From: Chiloscyllium plagiosum
Taxonomy: Eukaryota
Assembly (NCBI RefSeq): GCF_004010195.1
Contig: NC_057718.1
Span: 93,522,561 to 93,586,560 of the forward strand
DNA length: 64,000 bases
Direction of reading: 5' to 3'
The notes below the pieces were generated by a model. The model did not search any database and was not told the origin of the DNA. It saw only the letters and a list, made by a program, of their open reading frames with translations. Shown one piece after another: positions 1-12,758 of this stretch (the first letter of the stretch is position 1; each line of letters starts with the position of its first letter). Position numbers and translations under genes: made by a program.

Positions 1-24
1 CTACCCTTGATAAACTCCCACCCT

Positions 25-293
25 CATAGAATCCCTACAGCATGGAAGCAGGCCATTCAGCCCCACCAACTGACCAAAGAGCATCCCACCCAGACCCACC
101 CCTCTATCCTAGCCTGCATATCATGGGCCAATTTTGCATGGTCAATCCACATAAGCTGCATATCTTTGGGAGGAGACCCACACAGGGGAGAATGCACAAA
201 CTCCATGTCAGCATTCGCCCAAAGGTGGAATCGAACCTGGATCCCTGGTGCTGTGAGGCAGCGGTGTTAAACCACTGAGCCACCTTACCGCCC
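25..293 (-). mobile_element. HE1/V-SINE (tRNA-derived SINE with CR1-type tail)
   Basis: Minus strand reads gggcggtaaggtggctcagtggttt...gggatccaggttcgattcc (A/B boxes), then the V-domain ggagtttgtgcattctcccc, then tail ...ctgtagggattctatg. Confidence 0.85.
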
Positions 294-727
294 AAACCTC
301 TTAGAAGGTTAACGCTTATAGTAAAGAGGTAGAGACATGCACGATGATCTCACAATGAAACCATTAGTCACATTTAAAACTCCGAGGAGACAGGTAGAAT
401 AGTGCGTATGGGAGAGAGAGAGAGAGAAAGGGAGAGAGAGAGTGATGTATTTATCTATAAATGTAGAATGTACTATATTGCAAAGGAAGCTGTTTTGATG
501 AGTTTTTTTTAGCAGAGTTAGACTACGCCATTCGTACATTGATAGAAAGCTTCCTGAACCAGAACAGACCAAAAGTGACCTGAGGAGAGATCCAAATTGT
601 ATACAAAGTGGAATCAAATCCCAAGCCGGAAATGAGTAAAGGGAAATAGGTGGGATTGGATACATTCTCCACAAAGTGAGAAAAAAACAGACGTGCAATC
701 AAAGTGAAAGATTGTAAATCAAACAAC

Positions 728-862
728 GTAGGAAGGAAGGGTCACCCAACCTGAAATGTTAACTCTGATTTCTCTCCACAGACACTGCCAGACCTGCTGA
801 GCTTTTCCAGCAATTTCTGCTTTTGTTTTTGATTTCCAGCATCCACAGTTCTTTCGGATTTT
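728..862 (+). mobile_element. Old Penelope-like pseudo-LTR fragment
   Basis: gaagggtcac...gaaatgttaactctg...gccagacctgctgagcttttccagc...ccagcatcc resembles the PLE terminal repeats elsewhere in the window. Confidence 0.6.
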
Positions 863-2039
863 ACTGGTGAATAGTTGGTGTAGCATGCGGCAAAGACTGT
901 CAGATGTAATTCGACAAACTCAGGAACATTATTTTCTGCTTATTCCCACAGAAGGCAATGAAGATGAGTGTCTCATGCTTGAGGAACATGGAGAAATAAT
1001 GCATACGTTTATAAATGGAAGGTATAAAGCTCTGGAACATAAAAGTCACAAGTCTTCTGGTTTCCTTAAGTAACTCACACTTAACAAATCAGATCGTAAG
1101 TCCTTCATATCATGTCCTAAAAACTCGATAATGATTTTTCTTGACCTTATCTGTGTCTTTTAGACATTCTCAAGTTTGTTCTCATAGGTAGGGTTTTCCA
1201 TTTCTGGTAAAATCTTGGTGAATCTACAAAGTTGACAATTTTTTTTTTGTCCTTTTGTAATAGACTCCAGAGCTAACTATGGCCTTCATACAGTCCAAAT
1301 GATCCTGATTGGTGATATACATTTGCACATCATTTTCTAGCTTTGTTTAAATATCAATGACTTGCATGAGAAGTGTTTAACCTGTGAGATTTGTGCAACA
1401 TTACTTGCTCAGTTGCAACCGAGTTGTTCATCAGACCTGTTCTATCTTGTAATTCCAGTTTGACGTGTATTGCTATTGTCCTATTCCACCATGCCAAACA
1501 GACTGTTGTCATACAATCATATGAAACATGCTGAACCCCTATTCTTTCATTGGTTAAAATATTAGAAAGGAATTGGGTTTTGTTCTGTTTTTCAAATTAA
1601 TTCAGATCTTGTGTGGTTCACTTTTGCTTTGAATTAGAAGGGCAGGGGGTCAGCCCTCAGTCCTGATACATCCACACTGCTGCATCACTGCAATACTGTT
1701 GATTTGCTACATGATCAAAAGCACTTCAATCCTGGCTCCCACTGAGAGTCTGTCTGCTCTCTGCTACAAATAATGCATGTTTACTGGCTTCCATACATTG
1801 CTCACAAACACACTTACAGCACAGGTAGAGGTCACATGACCACAGCAAGTGAGCCAAAACAGAAAGGGTGCAATTGTAGTTCTCCAAAATCCTTTCCTTT
1901 AAAAAAATCTATTGCTTGCACCATCATTTGCAGTTGCACTTATTGCAAGTTATCTGATGTTTATGGTTGCAAGTAAAATCATTATTCATTAACTAAAGCG
2001 TGTTAATTCGTGTCAGTTCTACTTTTGTCAGTATCTGTA

Positions 2040-4160
2040 CAGGAATTGTATAAATAGTGATGAAGTAATGACGGTCTCCTGATCTTACTGTTGGTTGTTC
2101 CTCTCTTATCTGCTTGTTTCTCAGCTGATGGTTCTTCTCCAGGGAATGTTGTTCTAGCAGCAAACACTTTTGCCGTGGTGAGTTTTTGATGATCCATCTG
2201 TCTTGCAGGAGAGCAGGGGATCTCTGGGATTGATGTTCACTCTGAGCTCTATGCAGGAGGTGACATCACAACATCCTGTTCAGGTGCCTGCAGTGAAGGA
2301 GCAGTCTCTCACTTTTATGTAGGTGTTTTTGGTTGTAGCGATACACTTGATTGTTCACATATAATTGGGGTGACATCAGCTCAGCATACACCACAAGTAG
2401 CCACATGGGCTGATGTTTGCTGAGCATGGTGAATGTTTATTCTCTGACTGGTTTGCCAATGCTCAGCTCTGGCCATTGGGCAATTTTATCAAACTGAAAT
2501 CTGGTCTTCTGTCAATTCCCCTTGATTTAACCAATCATGCCTTTTACTACCTCTGGCTTTAGTCATCGTTGTTTTGCAACTAAAAGTGTAGTTTGAGTAC
2601 ATTAATCTTTGAATCGGACAACTTGCCATGCCTTCAGTAAGTATGGCTTTTCCATTCGAGTATTGCATTATACAAACCTGTGTAGAATTTGTTTAATATC
2701 TTTACGATCTGAGTTTTGAGAAGATTTGTATCTCAGGCTGAGGTTCTGAATGTAATTTTCATCATCATACTAGGTGTCATCATTTTCAGACGTTTCATCA
2801 CCATACTAGGTATCATCATTAGTGAGCCTCCGGTGAAGCACTGATGTTAGTGACATGCTTCCTATTTATGTGTTTAAGTTTCCTTGGGTTGGTGATGTCA
2901 TTTCCTGTGATGATGAAGTTCCTGTGGTGATGTCATTTCCTGTTTTTTTTCAGAGGGTGGTAAATGGGGTCTAACTCGATGTGTTTTGTTCATAGAGTTC
3001 TGATTGGAAAACCATACTTCTAGGAATTCTCGCACATGTCTCTGTTTGGCTTGTCCTAGGATGGATGTGTTGTCCTAGTCGAAGTGGTGTCCTTCCTCAT
3101 CTGTATATAAGGATACTAGTGAGAGTGGGTCATGTCTTTTTGTGGCTAGATGATGCTCATGTATTGTGATGGCTAGTTTTCTGCCTGTTTGTCCAATGTA
3201 GTGTTTGTTACAGTTCTTGAAAGGTATTTTGTAAATGACATTAGTTTTGCTTGTTGACTGTATGGGGTCTTTCAAGTTCATTAGCCGCTGTTTTAGTGTG
3301 TTGGTGGATTTGATGGGCTACCATGATGCCAAGAGGTCTGAGTAGTCTGGCAGATATTTCCGAGATGTCTTTGATGTAGGGGAGAGTGGCTAGGGTTTCT
3401 GGACGTGTTTTGTCTACTTGTTTGGGTTTGTTGCTGAGCCACCACATACTGCAACACAGATGAGGAAAATCACCTATACAGTGTATTCAAAAACAACAGG
3501 TACCCAATGAACACAGTCCGCCGATTTCTCAGCAAACTTACATCCATTTTTATGATCCCTTTGGGAAGTTTCACTGCCATGCATTCGTGCATTCGTTACT
3601 TTTCACTGTGGATGGTGTGGAACTGATGCATGATGTTGGATTTCCTAACAAAGTGCTTGAATTGAAACCTTTGTCGCTTATTATTCCTTCTGGAATGCTA
3701 CATAATGAAATGTGCTTTCATGCATTTCGTAATCATATTAGGAACCCTGCAAAAGTTAGAATAGTAACCTGCAATGCTTAAAATAATTTGTTTTTATGAG
3801 TGTGAAGAGGTCCACTCCAAGCTTCATCTGTGATCTGCCTGAGACTTCAAGCAGTTCTTTAGCTTGGTATTAGTAAGGAGCACTGCACTGGGTCATGTCA
3901 TCCTACGTCCAATTGTACATGTTAGCCCTTAGAGCACTTCCCTTATCCCCCTCAGTCTAAACTCAATTCTTTGATTGCTTACGTGGATATACTCCAGATT
4001 CGTCGGCCCATCTTCTTAGCAATAATCATTCTATTTATCTTACACAAGATGCTATCACTTCATCTCCACATCTTTGATATTCTTTTACAGCAACCGTTTG
4101 CATCCTTATGAATTTTTGTAAACCATTTTTAATGTCTTTGTAATGCTTCTGACATAACTG
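2040..4160 (-). mobile_element. Decayed Ty3/Gypsy-type integrase region, interrupted by a PLE at ~2709-3537
   Basis: Manual minus-strand translation across frameshifts gives KLGVDLFTL, GYYSNF, IPEGIISDKG (rve core), then TEGMASCPIQRLM, LKPEVVKG, FDKIAQWPELSIGKPVR, VNNQVYRYNQKHL (integrase C-terminus). Confidence 0.7.
2709..3537 (-). mobile_element. Penelope/Poseidon-like element, 5'-truncated: GIY-YIG endonuclease plus pLTR, with a 5' inversion
   Basis: ORF 3075-3281 has NVIYKIP.K.CNKHYIGQTGRKL..IHEH (GIY-YIG); upstream frame has TLPYIKDISE; pLTR at 2709-2900; 3436-3537 is the upstream coding part on the opposite strand. Confidence 0.85.
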
Positions 4161-4211
4161 GGGAGGGGGGGGGCGAGGGGTGGCCTGGCTCGGCCTCTTT
4201 AGAGGGTAGAG

Positions 4212-4299
4212 TTGAAAAGTGTGGTGCTGGAAAAGCACAGCAGGTCAGGCAGCATCTGAGGAGCAGGGGAGTCGCGTTTTGAGCATAAACCCTTCAGCA
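4212..4299 (-). mobile_element. Short PLE pLTR fragment
   Basis: gtggtgctggaaaagcacagcaggtcaggcagcatc matches the abundant pLTR family. Confidence 0.7.
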
Positions 4300-4314
4300 T
4301 GGCTTTATCAATTT

Positions 4315-4600
4315 AGAGGACAGTGAGAGCTAGCCACCTAATTGTGGGCCTGGAGTCGAAGGTAGGCCAGACCAGGTGAGAATGGCAGATTTTCTTCCTT
4401 ATGAGTAATCAGTGCAGCAAATGGGTTTGTAATGACAATTAATGATTGCTTTGTCACTCCCCATTACTAGGTTTGAATTCTGGATTCAGTGGTTGAATTC
4501 AGATTTCCCTCCCTGTGGCAGTAGGATCCAAACCACATTCTTGACCATTTGCATGGGCCTTTGGATTGCTCACTAAGTAATGTTGCCATGATGTCGTCAT
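4315..4600 (-). mobile_element. Deu-domain SINE (SacSINE1-like), degraded
   Basis: ggcctggagtc..gtaggccagaccaggtgagaatggcagatttt is the reverse complement of the Deu-type core seen at 14190-14270. Confidence 0.55.
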
Positions 4601-4802
4601 ACCCTCTCAGAGCTACCCTGTGCTCCAGCAACTCTTGCCTCATGGTGTAGGTAGCTCAGCTGGCTGGAGAGCTGGTTTGTAATGGAGTGTGACGTCGATG
4701 TTGTGGGTTTAATTCCGAGCTGAAGTCACCACGAAAACTGTGCCTCCTCCACGCTGCCCTTCAGCTGAGGTGCAGTTAAAGCCACTGCTAGTTACTTCAT
4801 GG

Positions 4803-5144
4803 AATCATAGAGTCCCGACAGTGTGGAAATAGGCCCTTTAGTTCAACAAATCCACACCGACCCTCTGAAGAGTAGTCCATCCAGATTCACTCCCCTACTA
4901 CATTTCCCGTGACTAATGCACCCAACCTACACATCCCTGAGCACTATGGGCAATTTAGCATGGACAGTTCACCTGACCTGCACATCTTTGGACTGTGAGA
5001 GGAAACTAGAACATCCGGAGGAAACCTACACAGACACGGGGAGAATGTGCAAACTCCACACAACAGTTACCCCAGGCTGAAATCGAACCCGAGTCCTTGG
5101 CGCTGTGAGGCAGGAGTGCTAACCACTGAGCCACTATGCCGCCC
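4803..5144 (-). mobile_element. HE1/V-SINE, full length
   Basis: tRNA head, V-domain and CR1-type tail all present. Confidence 0.9.
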
Positions 5145-5269
5145 TAACAAGACTGAAATTAATCCATGGAGGTCAGCATCCTGCCACTGAGTCACCTTTT
5201 ATTCACACTTGCCCGATACATGGACTCCGACCAGATAGCGCAGTGTCAGTTGCCGTAGTGGGTAAAGGC

Positions 5270-5940
5270 TGTTTGAAGAAGGTGTTCGGGTTCTAAAAGT
5301 TTGAACTCAATTTTGAGTCCTGAAGGCTGCAGCGTTCCCAAGCGGAAAATGAAGTGCCGTCCTTTCAAATTGTAGGAGAGGCCACATTGTGAGAGGCAAC
5401 TACAACAGATTGAATGGAGTGCAGGTAAATCGCTGCTTCATCTGGAAGCTGTGAATGGGGTCTTGGATAGCGAGGAGGGAGGGAGTAATCGGAGAGGTGC
5501 TACCTGCGATTGCATTGGAAGGTGCTGTGGGGATCTGGGGAGGCGTTGGGAGTGGTGGAGGTGGAGTGGACCAAAGTTCCCAGAGGGAACCGTCCGTGTA
5601 GGAGGCTGTCGAGGGAGGGTAGGGGAAAAGGTGCCTGGTAGTGGCATCCCACTGGAGGTAACCAAAATAGCGACTGGTGATCCTTTGGATATGAGTGATG
5701 GTGGGGCGGTAAGTGAGGGCAAGGGGGATATTATTGGTGTTGTTGAAGGAAAGAGAAGGAGTAACAGCAGAAACATGGGAGATGGGTTGGACACTGCTGA
5801 GGGACCTGTCGAATATGGTAGCGGGGAAAACTTGGTTGAGGAAAAGGCTGGACATTTCTGAGGTCCCCTTGCAGAAGATGGCATTGTCAGAACAGAAGTG
5901 AAGGAGACAGAGGAACTGGGCAAATGGGATGGAGGATGAA
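5270..5940 (-). mobile_element. Penelope-like (Neptune-type) RT-linker/GIY-YIG remnant
   Basis: ORF 5400-5855 (IPLALTYRPT..HIQRI..RYF..LQWDATTRHLFP.PP) is homologous to the ORF at 27121-28041. Confidence 0.8.
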
Positions 5941-6989
5941 ATTGTGTCCCCTGTCCTAATGTTTGTTCGTTAGGAAAGAGACAACAGTAGGTTTACTACA
6001 TACAGAGAAGGGAATTATAGAGACATTTCAAATTGCAAAGCCGCCGAAGTACATAAACAGCAAGGCAGTAAGAGTTCTCTCGGCTGTGAGATGAGAAGCA
6101 TGGTAGACACACCAGCTCTAAATAAGGCTCAAAGTAACCTTTTGTTGGCATGGTCTGCCTGTCACTTAAAGTCACAACATTGGATCTTACATGAAAGGAA
6201 AGGTCTTGACTGGCTATGAGTCAAAATGTCATTCTCTTCTGCAGAGTAACTTGACATGGCAAAGGTGAGCTAAGAGATGAACGAGCTTCTTAACGGGGTT
6301 GAACAGTAAGTAATTGGCAGAGGCTGATTATTAACCGCCCTGTTGATTCATTGAATATTTCTGCACCACTTTAATGCAAGGCAGTGAGCATCTGAACCTG
6401 AATCACTCATTGCACATTAGCAATTCCAGGAAAGTGCAAAACTGCCCAGGATACTGGACCTTTTAAAGAAATACCAGTATCAAAAAGGGCGAGTATTTTG
6501 TTTTAATGGTGAGCTTTTTATCAACATACAACAGCCATTAAATGTTCTGCACTGGAAGCATTAGTTTCTTCCACGTCCTTGGGTATGTAATTGGGATCCA
6601 CCATTTGTGTTTCAGCTCTACCACTGTCAGATTCACGTCTATAAAACCACCTTTCAGAACCATGGTAAGTCCTGGTATCCAGGGTGTACTTTTGTTGGGC
6701 TATCACTGTCATACCATCACTGTTGCAGTAATATTGTCCCGTCAGTGCTAGAGGTTTTACTATTCTATCGAGCGCAGTTGCTCAAAAAGAATGTAAGGTG
6801 ACTTCATTTTTCACCCACCCACTTGCCTCATCATTGGTGACGTTCTTAAAACTGGAAACCTTCACGTTACACACACAGAAAGGAATTAACCTCAAATGCT
6901 TAAAGATGCGAGGAACTTTTAAATGTAAAAGTCCTCTCAGTCACAACAAGCTTCCACTATCACGATGCAGACAATAGTCACTTTATATC

Positions 6990-7225
6990 GGAGCAAATTA
7001 CTGCAGATGCTGGAATCTGTATTGAAAACAATAAATGCTGGAGATCACAATAGGTTAGATACCATCCATGGGAAGAGAGTAAGCTAACGCTTCTAGTCTA
7101 GGTGACTCTCCATCAGCTGAATGTCAGCTCTGAAGAACATTCATCTAGATTTGAAATGTTCGCTTGCTCTCTCTCCACGGGTGCTGTCTGAGCCGCTGTG
7201 ATCACCTGCATTTATTGTTTTCGGT
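6990..7225. mobile_element. Old inverted pair of PLE pLTR fragments
   Basis: aaacaataaatgctggagatcaca... and ...tgtgatcacctgcatttattgtttt form inverted arms, with a degenerate ctgaaga...gaaa core. Confidence 0.65.
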
Positions 7226-7572
7226 CATTTGTTTAACCTATTTGGACATGCTGTGATACACCTCCAGCGCAGGTCAGACTTAAACCTGAGTCTATTTAGC
7301 ATAAGAAGGAAAGACAATACCACTGCAACACAAGTCCTATCTAAGCTAAAATCTGAATCTAGCACTTTAGATTGCTTAGTTAAACTACCAGATGTTAGTT
7401 ACTGTATATGTGAACATGTTGAGCAGTGAGGTGTCAGGGAGAATCACAGACACCTGGATGTGTGTTTTAATTGTAATGCCACAGAAGTTGGCACTTTACT
7501 GAAAGTGTAGCATTGCCATTCAAGGAAACATGCATTGTAGAGATGGCAGGCTAGGCAAATATTGATGGAGAA

Positions 7573-8476
7573 TTAGGGTAGGATTTAGGATTGGGATTAG
7601 GGGCTAAAATGAGGATTAGGGCTGAGGTTTGGCCTAGGTCTAGGGTTAGGTCTAGGTTAGGGCTAGGGTTAGGGCTAGGGTTAGGGCTAGGGTTAGGGTT
7701 AGGGTTAGGGCTCAGGCTAGGGTTAGGGCTCAGGCTAGGATTGGGGCTTGGGTTAGGGTTAGAATTAGGGTTAGAGTTAAGGTTAGAGGTAGGGTGAGGG
7801 CTAAGGTTAGGGTTAGAGCTAGGGCTAGGGCTAGGGTGAGGGCTAAGGTTCGGGCTAGGGTTCGGACTTAGGTTGGGGTTTGGACCCGGGCTAGGGTTAG
7901 AGTTAGGATTAGGGTTCGGTCTAGAGTGAGGACTAAGGTTAAGGTTAGGGCTCGGGCTAGGGCTAGGGTGAGGGTTAAGGTTAGGGCTAGGGTTCGGGCT
8001 AAGGTTAGGGTTTGGACCTGGGCTAGGGTTAGAGTTAGGGTTAGGGCTAAAGTGAGCCCTAAGGTTAGGGTTAGGGCTAGGGCTAGGGCTAGGATGTGGG
8101 TTAAGGTGAGGGCTAGGGTTAGGGCTAAGGTTAGGGTTTGGACCTGGGCTAGGGTTAGAGTTAGGGTTAGGGCTAGAGTGAGGGCTAAGGTTAGGGTTAG
8201 GTTTAGGGTTAGGGTTAGGGTGAATGCTAAGGTTAGGCTTAGGGCTAGGGCTAGGGCTCTGGCTAAGGTTAGGGTCAAGGTTAGGGTGAGGGCTAAGGTT
8301 AAGATTAGGGCTCGGGCTTGGATAAGGGTTAGGTTTAGATTTAGGGTTAGGGCTCAGGAGAGAGTTAGCATCAGAGTTCGGGTTTGGGCTTGGGTTCGGG
8401 CTAGGTTTAAGGCTATAGTTAGGTTTAGGTCTAAGGTTAGGGTGAAGGTGAGGTTTTGGGTCTAGTTTTGGGTTAG
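7573..8476 (+). repeat. Interstitial telomere-like array: degenerate (TTAGGG)n with CTAGGG/TGAGGG/CTAAGG/TTCGGG variants
   Basis: About 900 bp of phase-preserved hexamers; it produces the RV/GL/TL dipeptide ORFs in the track. Confidence 0.95.
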
Positions 8477-9429
8477 CAAATACGTAACCTCAGTGGTGTA
8501 AATTCAAAACGGTGCCACGGAAAACTCCGGATTGAAATTATTTTAAAAAGCGATGCAAGTAGAAATTCACAGATCCCAGATTTATAGAGACCTTGAGTCT
8601 AGCTTTTAAAGTTCACAGGCTCCCTGTTTAATTTTTCCAAAAGCAAATTATCCTTTTTTTCATTGTCTACAATCAACAGAATCGAGACCCCACGATAATT
8701 AATTGGCGTCACCAAGTATGGTCTGTTCGTGTCTGCACCCATTGGAAGATTTCAGCTACCGCACATTCCGATGTTTAGTTTGGCAGTTTCTGACAAAAGT
8801 TGAAAGCAAATGAAATTAATCACAGACACTCCAAACTTTCAACTGAGAGGATCTTTCTTTTTCTTTGACAGAATACTTTCACCCTGTTTAACAATAACTC
8901 CCATAATAACCTGTTCCAATTCTGCTCGTTACACTCAGTGCGCGGTGGCTTTGAGCTGCCCCAATTTCAGGAGACCCCTCCCTCTGAGACCCAGCCAAAT
9001 GTTTGCATCAGGCACTTGAAGCCTCAGCCTTGCTTGTGCTCTGAATGCATTTTGTTGTGCATTAATCTCTCAAATATCTGACAGGAGTAAATCTGCCACG
9101 ATCTCAGTAATGTAGATCCAATTCTGTCTTCCCTTGAGACAGTCTTATGCATTAATACAACACTCCCATCTAGTGGCAAACACGTGAACATGTCTCAAAA
9201 CCATCACATCCTTTACAAAAGGCATCCATCCGCTTGTCTCCAGGATAGAATGGGCCATCAGTGATTCCATTTATTGTTGTACATGCAAAGCAGAAATCAA
9301 ATTCTTATCAGAAAGAAAATCAATTGTTTTTCTTTTAAATGTTCATCAGAGATATGAGGGCCGAGGTCCATGGGGGAAGAGCTGTCTGGGGTGGCTGTAA
9401 ACTCATTGCCCTCACTACTGTCGGCAAGG

Positions 9430-9710
9430 TTACAGAACAGCCTGTTAGACAGACCCTCAGAATAGAGGGCAAGCCTCCGTTTATGACTGAGATAAGGAGG
9501 AATTTCCTCACCCAGAGGATTACAAAATCTTTGGAATTCTCTGCCTTGGAGGCCTATAGACACTTAATCACTGAGTATATTCAAATCAATAGATTCTGGA
9601 GACTAGTGATATTCAGGATATGTGGTTAGCATTGATCTGGAATGGTCAGACAAGATCTGGAATGGTGGATCAGGCTTGAGGGGCTGAATGGCCAAATCCT
9701 AATCTAGCTT
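9430..9710 (+). mobile_element. CR1-group LINE 3' fragment, old
   Basis: ctcagaatagagggc...actgagataaggaggaatttcctcacccagagg...ggcttgaggggctgaatggcc is a typical CR1 3' end. Confidence 0.65.
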
Positions 9711-10459
9711 TGAAGAAGACTCCTACCGGACTGGACACGCTAACTCTGTTTCTGTCTCCACAGATGCTGCCTGACCTGCTGAGTTTCTCCAGCTATCTCT
9801 GTGTTTGCTTTGGCCTCCTTCTTCCAGTGGGAGCAGTTCGTAGGTGGATTGTGCTTTACTGAGTAGCTCATGTGGACCAAGGCAGAGGTAAGGGCTAACC
9901 AGGCTTCCTCTAAAACTGGAGGGCATTGCTTTCTCCATGACACTCACAGTCCCATTAAATGAACAGGTGGCAAGTTTACAAAGGTCCGGACGCTAAGGGT
10001 AAATGAACAAACCCTTTATACAATCATTTATACATCTACAATTTGTTCTCACTGAGTCAGTAATCTGTCAGACAATGGGGGTTTGATTTATCATTTGCAT
10101 GGAGAGGTATCTCCTCATTCGTTGCCAATTCTGGATTCCAAACAGCCCTTTGGAAATTCTCTCTTCCCCGAACTTTGTGCTGTGGCTGTGAGATCACTTT
10201 AAAACTGAGATGGGTGGATTCTAACTGTACAATTGTGTTAGGGGATAGACAATGGATTCAGCTAGGTGTTATTAAAGATACAGGTGGATCGTGATTGAAT
10301 TGCATTGTGGAATAGGATTGATGGTACTCTTCCGGTTGGTACTCATGGTGCCCGAGATGTGCTACTGGTCATCAGTGTCCCACAAGAGACCATTTAAACT
10401 GGCCATGCCTTAAATTATCAGAAAGGTAGTGCAAACTCTACTCTCTTTGCGCTATGTGG

Positions 10460-11400
10460 AGAGATTGCTTCAACTGGCCCTGCAATCACTCGAGTTTAGA
10501 GGAATGTGAGGGAATCTATTTGAAATATCAGATTCTAACAGGGCCAGACAGGCTCATTGCTGTCCATACGATCTCCTCTGTTTGAGTGGTTGGGAATACC
10601 GTCTCAGCAACTGGGCAAGCAGAAATTGAGGATGGCAATGAGGAAACATTTCTTCACTCAGTGGATAGTGATCCTCTGGAATTCTCTACCATAGAAGGCT
10701 GGAAGGGCCGAACCACTGAGTATATTCAAGAAAGAGACACATTCTTCAATATTAAAAGCATCAAGGGCTACCGGGAGCAAACGGGAATATGACATTGAGG
10801 TAGAGGATCAGCCATGATCGTATCGAGTTGGGGAACAGGTTCAAAGAGCTAATTGGCTTATGCATGCTCCTAGTTTCTGTGTTTAACTCCAGGTCCCTGT
10901 CTGCCTCCTCGATCCCCTCACAATAAGGGCCGAACTCAACCTCGATAATATTCCCAAAGGGAGCAAACATAGGCCTCAGATGTAGAGAATTCCAAAGATA
11001 CAGAATCTTTTGAGTGAAGTCATTTCTCCCCATATCAATCCTAACCAATTGGCCCCTTATCCTGAGATGGCTAGATTCTCCGGCCGGAGGGGAACAACCT
11101 TTCAATGTTTATCCTGTCACGTCCCCTCAGGGTTTTGACTGTTTTATTGAGATCACCTCGCATTCTTGGAAACTCCAGACGGAACAGGTCCAAATGACTC
11201 AGCATTGTGCCACCCTCTCCTCACAGGATCCAATCCAGTGAACTGTTGCATACCTCCAACACAAATAAATTCTTCCTGAAATACAGAGACAAAAACTCAG
11301 ATGTAATCCCACCAAAGCTTGTGCACAAACTTTGCTTGTTTGTGTTGGACAAGCTCCTTGCAATAATGGCTGACATACGATTGGTCTTTCTGACTGTGTG
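10460..11400. mobile_element. Two old CR1-group 3' fragments, tail-to-tail (+ 10460-10880, - 10900-11400)
   Basis: The aaacatttcttcactcag / RNDFTQ..LWNSL motif occurs on both strands. Confidence 0.55.
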
Positions 11401-11669
11401 CTCCATGGCTGCATTCCTTGCAAGAAATATTCAAGTGGCTCAGCACATCAATACTTAAACTAGACTAAAACAAAGAAACATGGATGCTGGAAATCTGAAA
11501 CAAAAAACCAGAAGTTGTTGGAGGAATGCTGAACAGAGAACGCAGAGTTAATATTTCGCATCCAGTGACCCTTCCGCAATGTTTGTCAGTGTCATGCCCT
11601 CTTAAAAGTTTGGCTTCAGTTGAAGGTAAAACATTTGGGAGAGATGCAAAGAGGGCTCCTTTTAGCGGG

Positions 11670-12410
11670 TGTCAGTGGTATAGAGGTACTGTCACTGGGG
11701 AGAGTAATCCATTACCCAAGATTAATGGTCTGGGGACATGGGTAAAAATTTCACTAGGGGCACATGGCAACGTTTAAATTTGACAAAAACTTGGATTTGA
11801 AAAGCTCGCCTCATGGTGACCATTTCACCACTGTCAATTGTTGTTAAAAACTCACCTTGTTCATTAATGTCCCTTAGGGAAGGAAATGTACTGTCTTTTC
11901 CTGGCCTGGCCTCATCATCAAATCATTATGGGTGGTCCCTCACAGACAGGGATGACTCTCTTCCCATCTCCACGTGAGTCTGTAGGTGGCTCTACAGACC
12001 GATGCAGCTGCTGCAGGCTCTGTTATACAGGGGGCAGAAGGTGGTCATGGGAAGGGGTGGGTGGGGCGTTGGCATGGGCAACGTGGTTCTTTCACTGCTT
12101 CCACTTGGCTTCTGCTGTTCCCCAGTGGCAGGTCTCGAGGTGCTTGATGCCTTCCCAGATGGTCCTCCTCCTCTTTGGGAAGGTCTTGGACTGGTGGTTC
12201 CCACTAGTGTGTGGGAATGCCACACCTCACCCAGTGAGACCTTGGGGTTGTCCCTGAAGTGCTTTCTCTGTTCACCTGGGCTCCCCTGCTGTTTCAGAGC
12301 TGGGAGTGAGGTCTGGCTTACTTATGACTCCAAACCATACAGCAATGTGGTTGATTCCTAAGTGACTTCTGGGAAATTAAGGATGGTCGATAAATGTTGA
12401 TATTACGCCC
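11670..12410 (+). mobile_element. Deu-domain SINE interrupted by an RTE fragment
   Basis: ttcattaatgtcccttagggaaggaaat...cctggcctggcct breaks at ~11912 and resumes at ~12310 as ggtctggcttacttatgactccaaaccatacagcaatgtggttga. Confidence 0.65.
11913..12309 (-). mobile_element. RTE-clade LINE 3' end
   Basis: Minus strand encodes GSPGEQRKHFRDNPKVSL (RTE C-terminal G.QRKRFKD.LK.SL motif) and ends in a (gat)n tail (catcatc on the plus strand). Confidence 0.65.
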
Positions 12411-12420
12411 ATGATATTAT

Positions 12421-12758
12421 GGGCGGCACGGTGGCTCAGTGGTTAGCACTACTGCCTCACAGCACCAGGCACCCGGGTTTGATTCCAGTCTCGGGTGACT
12501 GTCTGTGTGGAGTTCGCACATTCTCCCCATGTCTGGGTTTCCTCTGGGTGCTCCGGTTTCCTCCTACAATCCAAAGCTGTGTAGATTAGGTGAATTGGCC
12601 ATGCCAACTTGTCCAAAGTGTTCAGGAACATGTACGTAAAGTGCATTAGTCAGGCGTAAATCTCGGGTAGGGGAATGGAGCTGGGTGGGATACTCTTCAG
12701 AGGTATGGACTTGTTGGGCCAAATGGCCTGTTTCCACACTGTAGGGATTCTCTGATTC
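12421..12758 (+). mobile_element. HE1/V-SINE, full length
   Basis: gggcggcacggtggctcagtggttagcact...ttgttgggccaaatggcctgtttccacactgtagggattc. Confidence 0.92.

Noticed and set aside
7591..8465. Arg/Val, Gly/Leu and Thr/Leu-rich ORFs as protein genes
   Set aside because: They are translations of the telomere-like hexamer array and have non-ATG starts.
12421..12500. tRNA genes at the SINE heads
   Set aside because: The A/B boxes continue into V-domain and LINE-derived tails; no complete cloverleaf.
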